Shown here one piece after another: positions 1 to 7,543 of a stretch of DNA of 64,000 bases (position 1 is the first letter of the stretch; each line of letters starts with the position of its first letter). Under the pieces are notes generated by a model. It saw nothing but the letters and a program-made list of their open reading frames with translations, did not search any database and was not told the DNA's origin. Made by a program: the position numbers and the translations under genes. This DNA is from an uncultured Clostridia bacterium. GTDB taxonomy: Bacteria > Bacillota > Clostridia > Christensenellales > CAG-314. The stretch is taken from NCBI GenBank assembly GCA_947623225.1, contig CANQGO010000007.1, positions 230-64,229 of the forward strand. The letters are read 5' to 3'.

Positions 1-11
1 GGCTTGAAACC

Positions 12-1151
12 GTGAAATTGAGAAGCGACAGCGGCTATTCGAGTTATGAATCCGCAAAAACTCATCTCCCGATACTGAAAGCACATTTCGGGAATTGCCT
101 GTTACGCAATATCACTCCGCGAATGATACAGTCCTTCTACAACTACCTTACCACACGCACATACACGAAAAGCACCGTAACCGTCAAGAAGTCAATCCAA
201 GACCTCTTACGGGAGCATAAGTTAAACAAGACCACGGCGGCAAAAGCCTGCGGCATTGGAAAGCCCACTTTTGCGGCGGCTACGGTTATAGGCAGGAAAG
301 TCAGTTTGCAGACGGCTCAAAAGATATGCGGGTATTTCAAAATCCCGATAGACCGTTATTTTACCGTCGAAACCGTGCGGGAGAAATACTCCGTCGCCAC
401 GAACAGGGGCATACGGACACTTCTCGTTATGATACTCAACTCCGCACGGAAGCAACAGCTCATCGAGTACAACTACGCCACAAAGGAATATACCGAGCCT
501 ATCAAGGGGACGGAAAAGGGCAAGCGTTTTTACAGCGACAGCGAGGCACGGCGATTTCTCCAATTGACAATGGAAGAGAAAGACATCCGAAAGAAAACCG
601 TCTTTTCGCTATTCCTCTATTTGGGCTTACGCAACGCCGAACTATGCGGGCTTGAATGGCAGGATATAGACTTTGAACAAGGCACTCTCACCGTATCGCG
701 CAATTCGATTTACTTTTCCGACTTCGGCGTTTGCACGAAAGCACCCAAAACGCAAAACTCGGCGAGGACGGTATCAATGCCGCCGAAGCTGATAGAGTTA
801 CTGCACGAGTATAAGGAATGGTGGGACGACCAAAAGGAACAGCACGGCGACCTATGGCAAGAGAGCAAGCGGCTGTTCCTCAACGACAACGGGAAACCGA
901 TACACCCTTCCACGCCGAGCAACTGGCTTGAAAAGTTTCAGGCAGAACACGGGCTAGCCCACGTTTCTCCCCATGCGCTCCGACATACGAGCATAACCTT
1001 ACAAGTAATGGCGGGTATCCCCATAAAAGCCGTATCACAACGAGCAGGACACGCTAACGAGGCGATAACGCTTAATATCTACACGCACCTACTGCAAGAG
1101 GAAGATAGACGAGCCGCCGCAAAGTTCGATACTTACCTTTCGCCACAGTAA
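12..1151 (+). CDS. Tyrosine recombinase/integrase (N-terminus may extend beyond the window) with an internal XRE-like HTH insertion
   Basis: Catalytic motifs LGLRNAEL (R), APKT (K), HALRH (HxxR), AGH (H) and IYTH (Y); lies next to a tRNA. Confidence 0.95.
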   Translation: MKLRSDSGYSSYESAKTHLPILKAHFGNCLLRNITPRMIQSFYNYLTTRTYTKSTVTVKKSIQDLLREHKLNKTTAAKACGIGKPTFAAATVIGRKVSLQTAQKICGYFKIPIDRYFTVETVREKYSVATNRGIRTLLVMILNSARKQQLIEYNYATKEYTEPIKGTEKGKRFYSDSEARRFLQLTMEEKDIRKKTVFSLFLYLGLRNAELCGLEWQDIDFEQGTLTVSRNSIYFSDFGVCTKAPKTQNSARTVSMPPKLIELLHEYKEWWDDQKEQHGDLWQESKRLFLNDNGKPIHPSTPSNWLEKFQAEHGLAHVSPHALRHTSITLQVMAGIPIKAVSQRAGHANEAITLNIYTHLLQEEDRRAAAKFDTYLSPQ

Positions 1152-1174
1152 AGAAAAAAGAATCCGAGGAAAGG

Positions 1175-1202
1175 AAAAAGACTATCTTCCGATAGCCTTT
1201 TT
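1175..1202. terminator. Bidirectional intrinsic terminator between integrase and tRNA
   Basis: AAAAAGACTATC-TTCC-GATAGCCTTTTT hairpin with A/T tails between convergent genes. Confidence 0.7.
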
Positions 1203-1210
1203 CTTTGTTT

Positions 1211-1286
1211 TGGAGCTACTGGTCGGACTTGAACCGACGACCTGTTGATTACGAATCAACTGCTCTACCGACTGAGCCACAGTAGC
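1211..1286 (-). tRNA. tRNA-Thr(CGT), complete with encoded CCA
   Basis: Reverse complement GCTACTG TG GCTC AGTCGGTA GAGC A GTTGA TTCGTAA TCAAC AGGTC GTCGG TTCAAGT CCGAC CAGTAGC T CCA folds as a full cloverleaf. Confidence 0.97.
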
Positions 1287-1287
1287 A

Positions 1288-1405
1288 TTTTTACCTGTTT
1301 TTGCAGGTGTTTTTTACAGATTTTTTACAGTTTCTTTGCCGTTAGCGTCGCAATCCTCGATTTTCAGGCGATTTCCACGAGTTTTAGGTGGTTTTCAGGC
1401 GATTT
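1288..1405. repeat. Short direct repeats, candidate integrase arm-type or excisionase sites
   Basis: TTTTTTACAG at 1310-1319 and 1321-1330 (11-bp period); TTTTCAGGCGATTT at 1361-1374 and 1392-1405. Confidence 0.55.
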
Positions 1406-1433
1406 GCTACTGTCCGCACCATTCAACCAAATA

Positions 1434-1472
1434 ATTACGAATCACTCGCTCTACCGACTGAGCCACACCAGC
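1434..1472 (-). pseudogene. 5' half of a second, different tRNA-Thr(CGT), truncated just after the anticodon loop
   Basis: Reverse complement GCTGGTG TG GCTC AGTCGGTA GAGC G AGTGA TTCGTAAT, then unrelated sequence. Confidence 0.9.
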
Positions 1473-1489
1473 AATTGTATTGCTTACAT

Positions 1490-1518
1490 AGTATAGCAAA
1501 CAATTCGCGAATTGTCAA
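1490..1518 (-). promoter_or_regulatory. Sigma-A/70 promoter of the tRNA-Thr locus
   Basis: TTGACA-17 bp-TATACT directly upstream of the tRNA half. Confidence 0.85.
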
Positions 1519-1558
1519 AGATTATAGGGCAATTTAGTCCCTGTTTTTTTTCAAATAT

Positions 1559-2269
1559 CTACGCGAGCAGGGCGAGAGCCAGACCGAAGTAGATGAGCGT
1601 CTGTCCCGACAGGTAGGTGATCATTATATAGAAGTCGCGGCGGTTGATATCCTGCTTGTTGGTCACGTAATTGACGATGAGGTCGCTGACCACGTATATA
1701 AGGTAGCCCAGCAATATCATTATCTCATAGGGAACGAATCCGCCGTCCACTATCAGCAGTATGGCGAATGCTATATTGATGAAGTGGAAGCAGGCGTACG
1801 CCGGGCTGACGGTGGATATAGCCGCGCTGCCCTTGCCGCGCATGCAGTAGCCTATGATACCTGCCAGCACCACCACCAGCGCGAGTATGAGCCACACGTA
1901 CCAGGCGACGTGGTAGCTGAGCAGTTTTGTCTGATTGACAACGTTCAGCGTGTGCGCCACGGCAAATACCGCCGCACCGCTCAGGAAATACTTGGGTACT
2001 TTGTTGTTGATGAGCAGGATATCTCCTATAGCGGATATCCAGCAGGATATGTATACCAGCGGATGGTCCGGCACGAAGAACGCCATCGCCGCTCCCAGCA
2101 TCACCATGCACAGCGGCTTGGTCAGCTTGCGCCAGAACGGTATCATCAGAAAGCAAAATACCAGGTGCGCTACCACCACCGCCGCATACAGCGCGATGAA
2201 TATCCAAAATCCCGTTTCAAAGCCGATGCCCGTCTTGGCAAACGGCGAATCAATAGCCAATGCAGTCAT
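1559..2269 (-). CDS. YhhN/lysoplasmalogenase-family membrane protein
   Basis: Multi-TM protein with TKPL, SAIGDILL, FAVAH, VSDL and TYLSGQ motifs. Confidence 0.85.
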   Translation of the reverse strand: MTALAIDSPFAKTGIGFETGFWIFIALYAAVVVAHLVFCFLMIPFWRKLTKPLCMVMLGAAMAFFVPDHPLVYISCWISAIGDILLINNKVPKYFLSGAAVFAVAHTLNVVNQTKLLSYHVAWYVWLILALVVVLAGIIGYCMRGKGSAAISTVSPAYACFHFINIAFAILLIVDGGFVPYEIMILLGYLIYVVSDLIVNYVTNKQDINRRDFYIMITYLSGQTLIYFGLALALLA

Positions 2270-2350
2270 ATTTTCCTCTGTCTGTACGTTTTGTTGTATT
2301 GAGTATACCACATTACCGTTCAAATTGCAATGATTATTAGTACTTCCGCG

Positions 2351-3274
2351 TCACTTATGCGTCCGCCGCCTGCTCTGGCATACCACTATGACTATGTACG
2401 CCGCGAGCAGCACCGCGCAGGTGCCCAAGAGTATCGTATACATTGCCCAGGTAGGTATCTGCCTGCCGCCTACGTACAGGTTCCCGTCGAAGCCGTCCAT
2501 AAACGCCTTCACGCCCTCCTCCGACAGTCCCTGCCTGCTCAGCTCTTCCACATACCCCTGCATGAAGTGCTTGCGCATGATCCCCACGCCGTAGGTGCCC
2601 GGCAGTACGCCTATCACGTTGCGCATGCCGACGGAGAACTGCGACAGCGGCATGTACGCTCCGCAGATGAAGCCGTACAGACTGCTCACCAGACTGGAAA
2701 ACGCCGACAACGCGCCCTGCTGGGATATGAAACTCTCCACCACACCCGCCAGCAGCGTGCCGAAGAGCACACAGCACAGCGTATCCGCCAATATGAGCAA
2801 TACTCCCGTCACCGTTATGTACCAGCCCACTACAGCCAGATATACAAATCCCACCGCCAGTGCCGCCAGCATGACTATAAGCGTCACGATGAAGTTGCCC
2901 ACGAAGTAGCTCAGCGACAACGTCGCACTCTCTACCGGCGCGATCCTGAGGTCGTTGACCGTGCCATCTATCTTGTCCTGTATCATCACGGCATTGGAAC
3001 ACACCGCCACCGTCACCGAGCATACCGACATTACGCTGGAAAACAGCCAACTGCCCGCCAGCCCGTTGATGACGCGCTCCTCCGCCTCCATTCCGAACAG
3101 CCCCAGTATCCCCTTGAAACTATCTATGTATACCGTCCGCAAAAATGTAGCGAAGAGTACCAATAGTATCATCGGCGTGATCAGCGAGACAAAGAAAAGA
3201 AATTTGTCCTTGAAGTAGCATTTTATATTGCGCAAGGTCAACGCCCAAAATTTTCGCAATTCCGTCATATTCAC
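2351..3274 (-). CDS. ABC-2 type transporter permease
   Basis: About 6 TM helices, GAYMPLSQF motif, coupled to the ATPase gene. Confidence 0.9.
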   Translation of the reverse strand: MNMTELRKFWALTLRNIKCYFKDKFLFFVSLITPMILLVLFATFLRTVYIDSFKGILGLFGMEAEERVINGLAGSWLFSSVMSVCSVTVAVCSNAVMIQDKIDGTVNDLRIAPVESATLSLSYFVGNFIVTLIVMLAALAVGFVYLAVVGWYITVTGVLLILADTLCCVLFGTLLAGVVESFISQQGALSAFSSLVSSLYGFICGAYMPLSQFSVGMRNVIGVLPGTYGVGIMRKHFMQGYVEELSRQGLSEEGVKAFMDGFDGNLYVGGRQIPTWAMYTILLGTCAVLLAAYIVIVVCQSRRRTHK

Positions 3275-4179
3275 TCCTCCGTTATCTCCCTGTCCGTCAC
3301 GTTCAGAAATACGCTGTCCATGTCTCCCTTGAGCACTTCGTAGTCGTCGAAAAGTTCCGGACGCGCCGCTATCAGCCCCGTAGCCTCCGCCGTGCCCTTG
3401 ACCTGTATGTCTATGCAGTCCTTTTCTCTGCTTATTCCGTATCCGCGCTCCGCCAGGTACGCCGCTATCTCATCGAGGTGCGAATACACCCTCAGCGTGT
3501 CCTTGGCGTACAGCGTTTTCAGCTCGTGCGGAGTGCCCTCCGCCGCCTTCCTGCCGCCGTGCAGTATGATGACGTGGTCGGCTACCGACGCCTCTTCCAT
3601 ATAGTGCGTGGTGAGAAATACCGTCAGCCCCTGCTTTGTCCGCAGTTGCTCTATCACCCTCCACACCGTCTGCCGCGTCTGCGGATCCAGCCCCGTGGTC
3701 GGCTCGTCCAGTATCAGTAGCTCGGGATCGTGTATGAGCGCACGCGCTATGTCCGCACGCCGCCTCTGCCCTCCGCTCAGCTTGACAAGCGGTCTCTTCA
3801 GTATGTCCGACAACCCCAACAGGCTATCCATCTCTTCCAGCCTCTGCCGGTAACGTTTGCCGTATATCCCGTACAGTGCCGCCCTGCACTCGAGATTGTC
3901 CCGCACCGTCAGCCGCTTGTCCAGTACGGAGTTCTGAAATACCACTCCCACTTTGCTCTTGACGCTCTGCGCCCTCGTCTCTATGTCCTCGCCGCATACC
4001 TTGACTACGCCGCTGTCCTTGGGCAATATGCCGCTTATTATATTGATGGTCGTGGATTTGCCCGCGCCGTTCACTCCCAGGAAGGCAAATAGCTCCCCTT
4101 CACTCACGCGAAAGGACAGCCCGTCCACCGCCTGCACGTTCTTGTACGCTTTGCAAAGATCTTCAATCTCTATTACCAT
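3271..4179 (-). CDS. ABC transporter ATP-binding protein (multidrug type)
   Basis: GVNGAGKST, LSGGQ, LILDEPT and TTHYM motifs. Confidence 0.95.
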   Translation of the reverse strand: MVIEIEDLCKAYKNVQAVDGLSFRVSEGELFAFLGVNGAGKSTTINIISGILPKDSGVVKVCGEDIETRAQSVKSKVGVVFQNSVLDKRLTVRDNLECRAALYGIYGKRYRQRLEEMDSLLGLSDILKRPLVKLSGGQRRRADIARALIHDPELLILDEPTTGLDPQTRQTVWRVIEQLRTKQGLTVFLTTHYMEEASVADHVIILHGGRKAAEGTPHELKTLYAKDTLRVYSHLDEIAAYLAERGYGISREKDCIDIQVKGTAEATGLIAARPELFDDYEVLKGDMDSVFLNVTDREITEE

Positions 4180-4738
4180 TGTCCCCTCCGAATAGTTTCT
4201 CCTTGATGGCAAAGAATTCCTCCGTGAGCAGGTTGCTCACCGTCTCCCATTCCCAGTCCAGATACCCCGTGGCGTACATGGTCGCTATCCCGTGTACGTA
4301 TACCCACATGTGCGTGTGCATGCGTATAGCCGCTTCCTCGTCTATTCCGTAACTCATCGCCCGCTCCGCTTCCCGTCGGAAACGAATCTCGTCCGCCTCG
4401 ACGCTGTCTGCGGTCGTGTCCCGCATGAACATGTACTTGAAGTAGTTCGGCCGCTCCTTGGCAAAGCGTATGTACCCCATACCGCTGGCTTTGTACTCCG
4501 GATACCTTCCGCTGCCTATCTCCGCCGCGATATACTCGTCATAGCAGCCGCGTATCCGCTCGCACACCTCCCTCTTCAGCGCGCCCAGCCCGCCGAAGCA
4601 CAGGTATATAGGCTGCGTCGAGCATTCGCACCTCGCCGCCACGTCCCGCACGTTGAGCGCGTCCATTCCCCGCTCCTCCACTATCTCACATGCCGCCTGC
4701 ACTATCCTCTCCGCTTCTATCTGCTTCTTCGCCGCCAT
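4163..4738 (-). CDS. TetR/AcrR-family regulator (WHG-type C-terminus)
   Basis: N-terminal HTH VRDVAARCECSTQPIY; C-terminal WVYVHGIA. Confidence 0.92.
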   Translation of the reverse strand: MAAKKQIEAERIVQAACEIVEERGMDALNVRDVAARCECSTQPIYLCFGGLGALKREVCERIRGCYDEYIAAEIGSGRYPEYKASGMGYIRFAKERPNYFKYMFMRDTTADSVEADEIRFRREAERAMSYGIDEEAAIRMHTHMWVYVHGIATMYATGYLDWEWETVSNLLTEEFFAIKEKLFGGDNGNRD

Positions 4739-4760
4739 ATTCCACCTTCCTGCATGAAAA

Positions 4761-4790
4761 ATAACAACTGTTATTGATAACAATTGTTAT
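4761..4790. promoter_or_regulatory. Tandem palindromic TetR operators
   Basis: ATAACAACTGTTAT (4761-4774) and ATAACAATTGTTAT (4777-4790) just upstream of the tetR-ABC operon. Confidence 0.75.
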
Positions 4791-4838
4791 TTTATCCTAT
4801 CCATATAAAGTTGTCAAGAGTTTTTCCGGAAAATTCCG

Positions 4839-5576
4839 TCAGTGCCTGAGCAATTTTTCCACGAAGGGTCCGTTGCAGTGTTGCATGTCCACTATCACGA
4901 ACATATCCACGCTGCCGAATACGGTATCCACGAAGGGTTGAGCGGACACCCTGGCACCCAGCGTCAGATACGCTTTGAATAGCGGCGGCAGTGCCGCAAA
5001 TACTTCCTTCTCGTCGTACTCCGACGGCTCGGGCAGCGTCATCGGTCCCAACGTGTCGCGTGAGCGTATGCGCAGATCCTCATCTACGACATAGTTGTGC
5101 ACCATATAGGATATTTCCTTGGCATACCTGTCGCGGTCCGTTCCGAAGAAGCTGGCGTCTCCCACCAGATACCTGACGCCGTTGTCCTGCATGTATCTGA
5201 GAATGAATTTCCATAGCAGCAGCATCACCGCACCGCCGCGGTACTCCTTCTTGACCACGGCTCGGCTGAATTCGCATATCTTGTCGCCACGCCGCTTGAG
5301 TTCATCCAGGTCGTACTCCTCTTCACATACAAAGCGTCTGCCGTCGGTGAGGCTGTCGCTCTCTATCATGCGATAGTAGCCCACCACTTCGCCGGTGTCC
5401 TCTTCCTTGACTATGAGGTGACGGGCGTAGCCGTCGTACTCATTGACGTCCCGCTGCTCGGCGTTGGTATTGTCCGAGCGGTATTCCAATATCATATCAT
5501 TGTAGCGCAGGCGGTATATCCTCTCCATCTCCTCGGGCGTAGAGGCAAATCCCACCCAGAACTTGTGCTGTGGCAT
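4839..5576 (-). CDS. GNAT-fold N-acyltransferase, OlsB/N-acyl amino acid synthase-like
   Basis: YRLRY, DVNEYD..ARHL, VVGYYR, CEFSRAVV..YRGG, LPPLFKAYL and FGSVD motifs. Confidence 0.8.
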   Translation of the reverse strand: MPQHKFWVGFASTPEEMERIYRLRYNDMILEYRSDNTNAEQRDVNEYDGYARHLIVKEEDTGEVVGYYRMIESDSLTDGRRFVCEEEYDLDELKRRGDKICEFSRAVVKKEYRGGAVMLLLWKFILRYMQDNGVRYLVGDASFFGTDRDRYAKEISYMVHNYVVDEDLRIRSRDTLGPMTLPEPSEYDEKEVFAALPPLFKAYLTLGARVSAQPFVDTVFGSVDMFVIVDMQHCNGPFVEKLLRH

Positions 5577-5780
5577 ATTTCACTTCCCCCGTATGCTGCC
5601 GTTACTATACGGCAAATGCACCCCCATATCATACCATTTTACTCTGCCCCGTGCAAGTATTTTGGCAAAATATTTCACAAATATGAAATATTCTTTTGCG
5701 TAAAACCGCCGATAAGGTAATTGACGGCGCAGTTGTAAAGTAGTATACTTATGTCAAACCAAATATATAGAGGTATATTT

Positions 5781-6503
5781 ATGAAAAAGTTAGCAGAGAA
5801 AGTGGCTCTGGTCGCGCTGGTATGCATCACGTTCGTATTCGTGCTGCTGGCGGTGCTCTACGCCACGAATGTCATCCCCCAGAAAGAGATCTCCGAGAAC
5901 AGCGTCGCCATAGTCGTGCTGTGCGTGTTGTCCGTGCTGTATGCGGGACTGTCCGCGTATCTGCTCATCGTGAACTTCTCCGAAGCCATCAATGTCAAGC
6001 GGATTTTGCTCTTTTACGACGCCGACACCACCACCCGCGCCAGCCAGAAGGTAGTCAACAATATCGTTCGCGGCTGCGGTAAGGAGTTCCCTCAGCTGAA
6101 GATCAAGCGGACGGTATTCCGCGTAGACGACAAGATGGGCTTGATAGCCAATATCTATCTCGAGTCCCTTGTGGCAGAGGATATCGCCATATACATTCCC
6201 AAGCTCAAGTGCCTGCTGGAGAGAAGTTTCGCCGAGGCAATAGGTCTGAAACTGAACGCCGTCAACTTCGAAGTGGTCAAGCTCTCCAAGAAGTACGCTC
6301 CCGCCGACACCCTCGTGGAGCAAGCCAAGCAGACGCCCGGCTACGTGTCCGACGATCAACAGACGACAGACGACGATACAACAGATCCCGCTCCGACGGA
6401 AGAGCCTACCGCTCCCACAGAGGACGCGCCGACAGAGGAACCGCTCGAGGACGATGGCGACAAGCAGGAGGACATAGCCTCCGGCGAGAACGTCGACGCC
6501 TGA
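5781..6503 (+). CDS. AmaP/Asp23-like membrane protein with acidic disordered tail
   Basis: Two N-terminal TM helices, Asp23-like alpha/beta domain, D/E/T/P-rich tail; RBS GAGG. Confidence 0.55.
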   Translation: MKKLAEKVALVALVCITFVFVLLAVLYATNVIPQKEISENSVAIVVLCVLSVLYAGLSAYLLIVNFSEAINVKRILLFYDADTTTRASQKVVNNIVRGCGKEFPQLKIKRTVFRVDDKMGLIANIYLESLVAEDIAIYIPKLKCLLERSFAEAIGLKLNAVNFEVVKLSKKYAPADTLVEQAKQTPGYVSDDQQTTDDDTTDPAPTEEPTAPTEDAPTEEPLEDDGDKQEDIASGENVDA

Positions 6504-6562
6504 GCAGGGCATACACTCACGTAAATAAAAAATGTGTCGAGGTCATTCCCCGACACTTTTTT

Positions 6563-6898
6563 TCACCCTATCTTCAGCAATTCCTGCAGCAGCCCGTCCA
6601 GCCTTGCTCTCTGCTCGGCGTTGAGCAAGGGACGGATCCTGTTGGCAAACGCCGTCAGCTGCTCGTTGGATAGCTGACCGCGCGCCTTCTGCTCCAGCAC
6701 GTTGGCGACTATATCCCGCACCAGCTGCCCTTCCCCCTCCCGCTCGTACTTGGCGGCGAGGCGTTTCATCTGTTCCAGTTTGCTTTCGTACTCTTCCTGC
6801 GGCGTCTTGCCCGAGTCCGTAGCAGGCGAGGGCTGCTCGCTGTAGCCGTTGCGTTGGTTGACGAATATATTGCGAGGGTCGTTACTGTCGTATGGCAT
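6563..6898 (-). CDS. Small helical hypothetical protein
   Basis: RBS AAGGAG, host-like codon usage, terminator downstream. Confidence 0.7.
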   Translation of the reverse strand: MPYDSNDPRNIFVNQRNGYSEQPSPATDSGKTPQEEYESKLEQMKRLAAKYEREGEGQLVRDIVANVLEQKARGQLSNEQLTAFANRIRPLLNAEQRARLDGLLQELLKIG

Positions 6899-6979
6899 AT
6901 CTTCTCCTTATCGATTTAGTTGTTACTATAAATTATATGTCGGCATATAATGTAATGATTACAAAAAGGAGACCGCCGC

Positions 6980-7423
6980 ATGAATTTGTCCACCGTCGCG
7001 CTTATATTGCTGGCTTGGCACCTGCTTTCCGACAAGGCACCCAAGCCTTCCGCGCACGGCTGGACGGATATGCTGTCTGAGGACGTCCGCCGCGTCATAG
7101 ACAGCGCGCGCAAACTGTCCGACAAGCACTGTTCCGAAGAGGAACGCGCAGGAGCCATATTCGAGATAATGTCCAACCCCGCCCTGCAGAACATAGCCGG
7201 CAGAGTGTTCGCGCCCTCACAGCAACCTGCTTCCTCACCGCAGTCCGAACCATCACCGCCGCCATCATCACCATCGCCCGACCCCGACGTGAACAGCGAA
7301 GGCTACCGCTTCGAGACTCCCTCCGAGGCGTCGCGCGAGTTCTTCCGCCCCATAGATGACATAGCGGACAGCGAGGTCAAGCACAAACTCTACTGGTTCT
7401 ACGACCATTGGTACACCAAGTAG
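6980..7423 (+). CDS. Hypothetical protein with Pro/Ser-rich linker
   Basis: RBS AAGGAG, divergent from the previous gene, terminator at 7482-7517. Confidence 0.7.
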   Translation: MNLSTVALILLAWHLLSDKAPKPSAHGWTDMLSEDVRRVIDSARKLSDKHCSEEERAGAIFEIMSNPALQNIAGRVFAPSQQPASSPQSEPSPPPSSPSPDPDVNSEGYRFETPSEASREFFRPIDDIADSEVKHKLYWFYDHWYTK

Positions 7424-7481
7424 AGGCACCTGCTCCGTGGCAAAACGTCACGAAAGGCGATCTTACACGCAAAATACATAC

Positions 7482-7517
7482 AAAAACGGCTTGAAACACT
7501 TATTTTCAAGCCGTTTT
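7482..7517. terminator. Bidirectional terminator hairpin
   Basis: AAAAACGGCTTGAAA...TTTCAAGCCGTTTT between convergent genes. Confidence 0.7.
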
Positions 7518-7543
7518 ACTATTCCGTTTTGTTTACGCGACAC

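Larger units (their letters stand above)
1..1441. mobile_element. Right end of an integrative element inserted at tRNA-Thr(CGT); predicted att core TTCGTAAT at about 1434-1441
   Basis: Integrase, complete tRNA, clustered direct repeats at 1288-1405 and a truncated second tRNA-Thr ending at the anticodon loop. Confidence 0.7.

Noticed and set aside
1245-1496. 83-aa ORF with an apparent internal repeat (ITN..LYRLSH)
   Set aside because: It is the antisense reading of the full and half tRNA-Thr copies.
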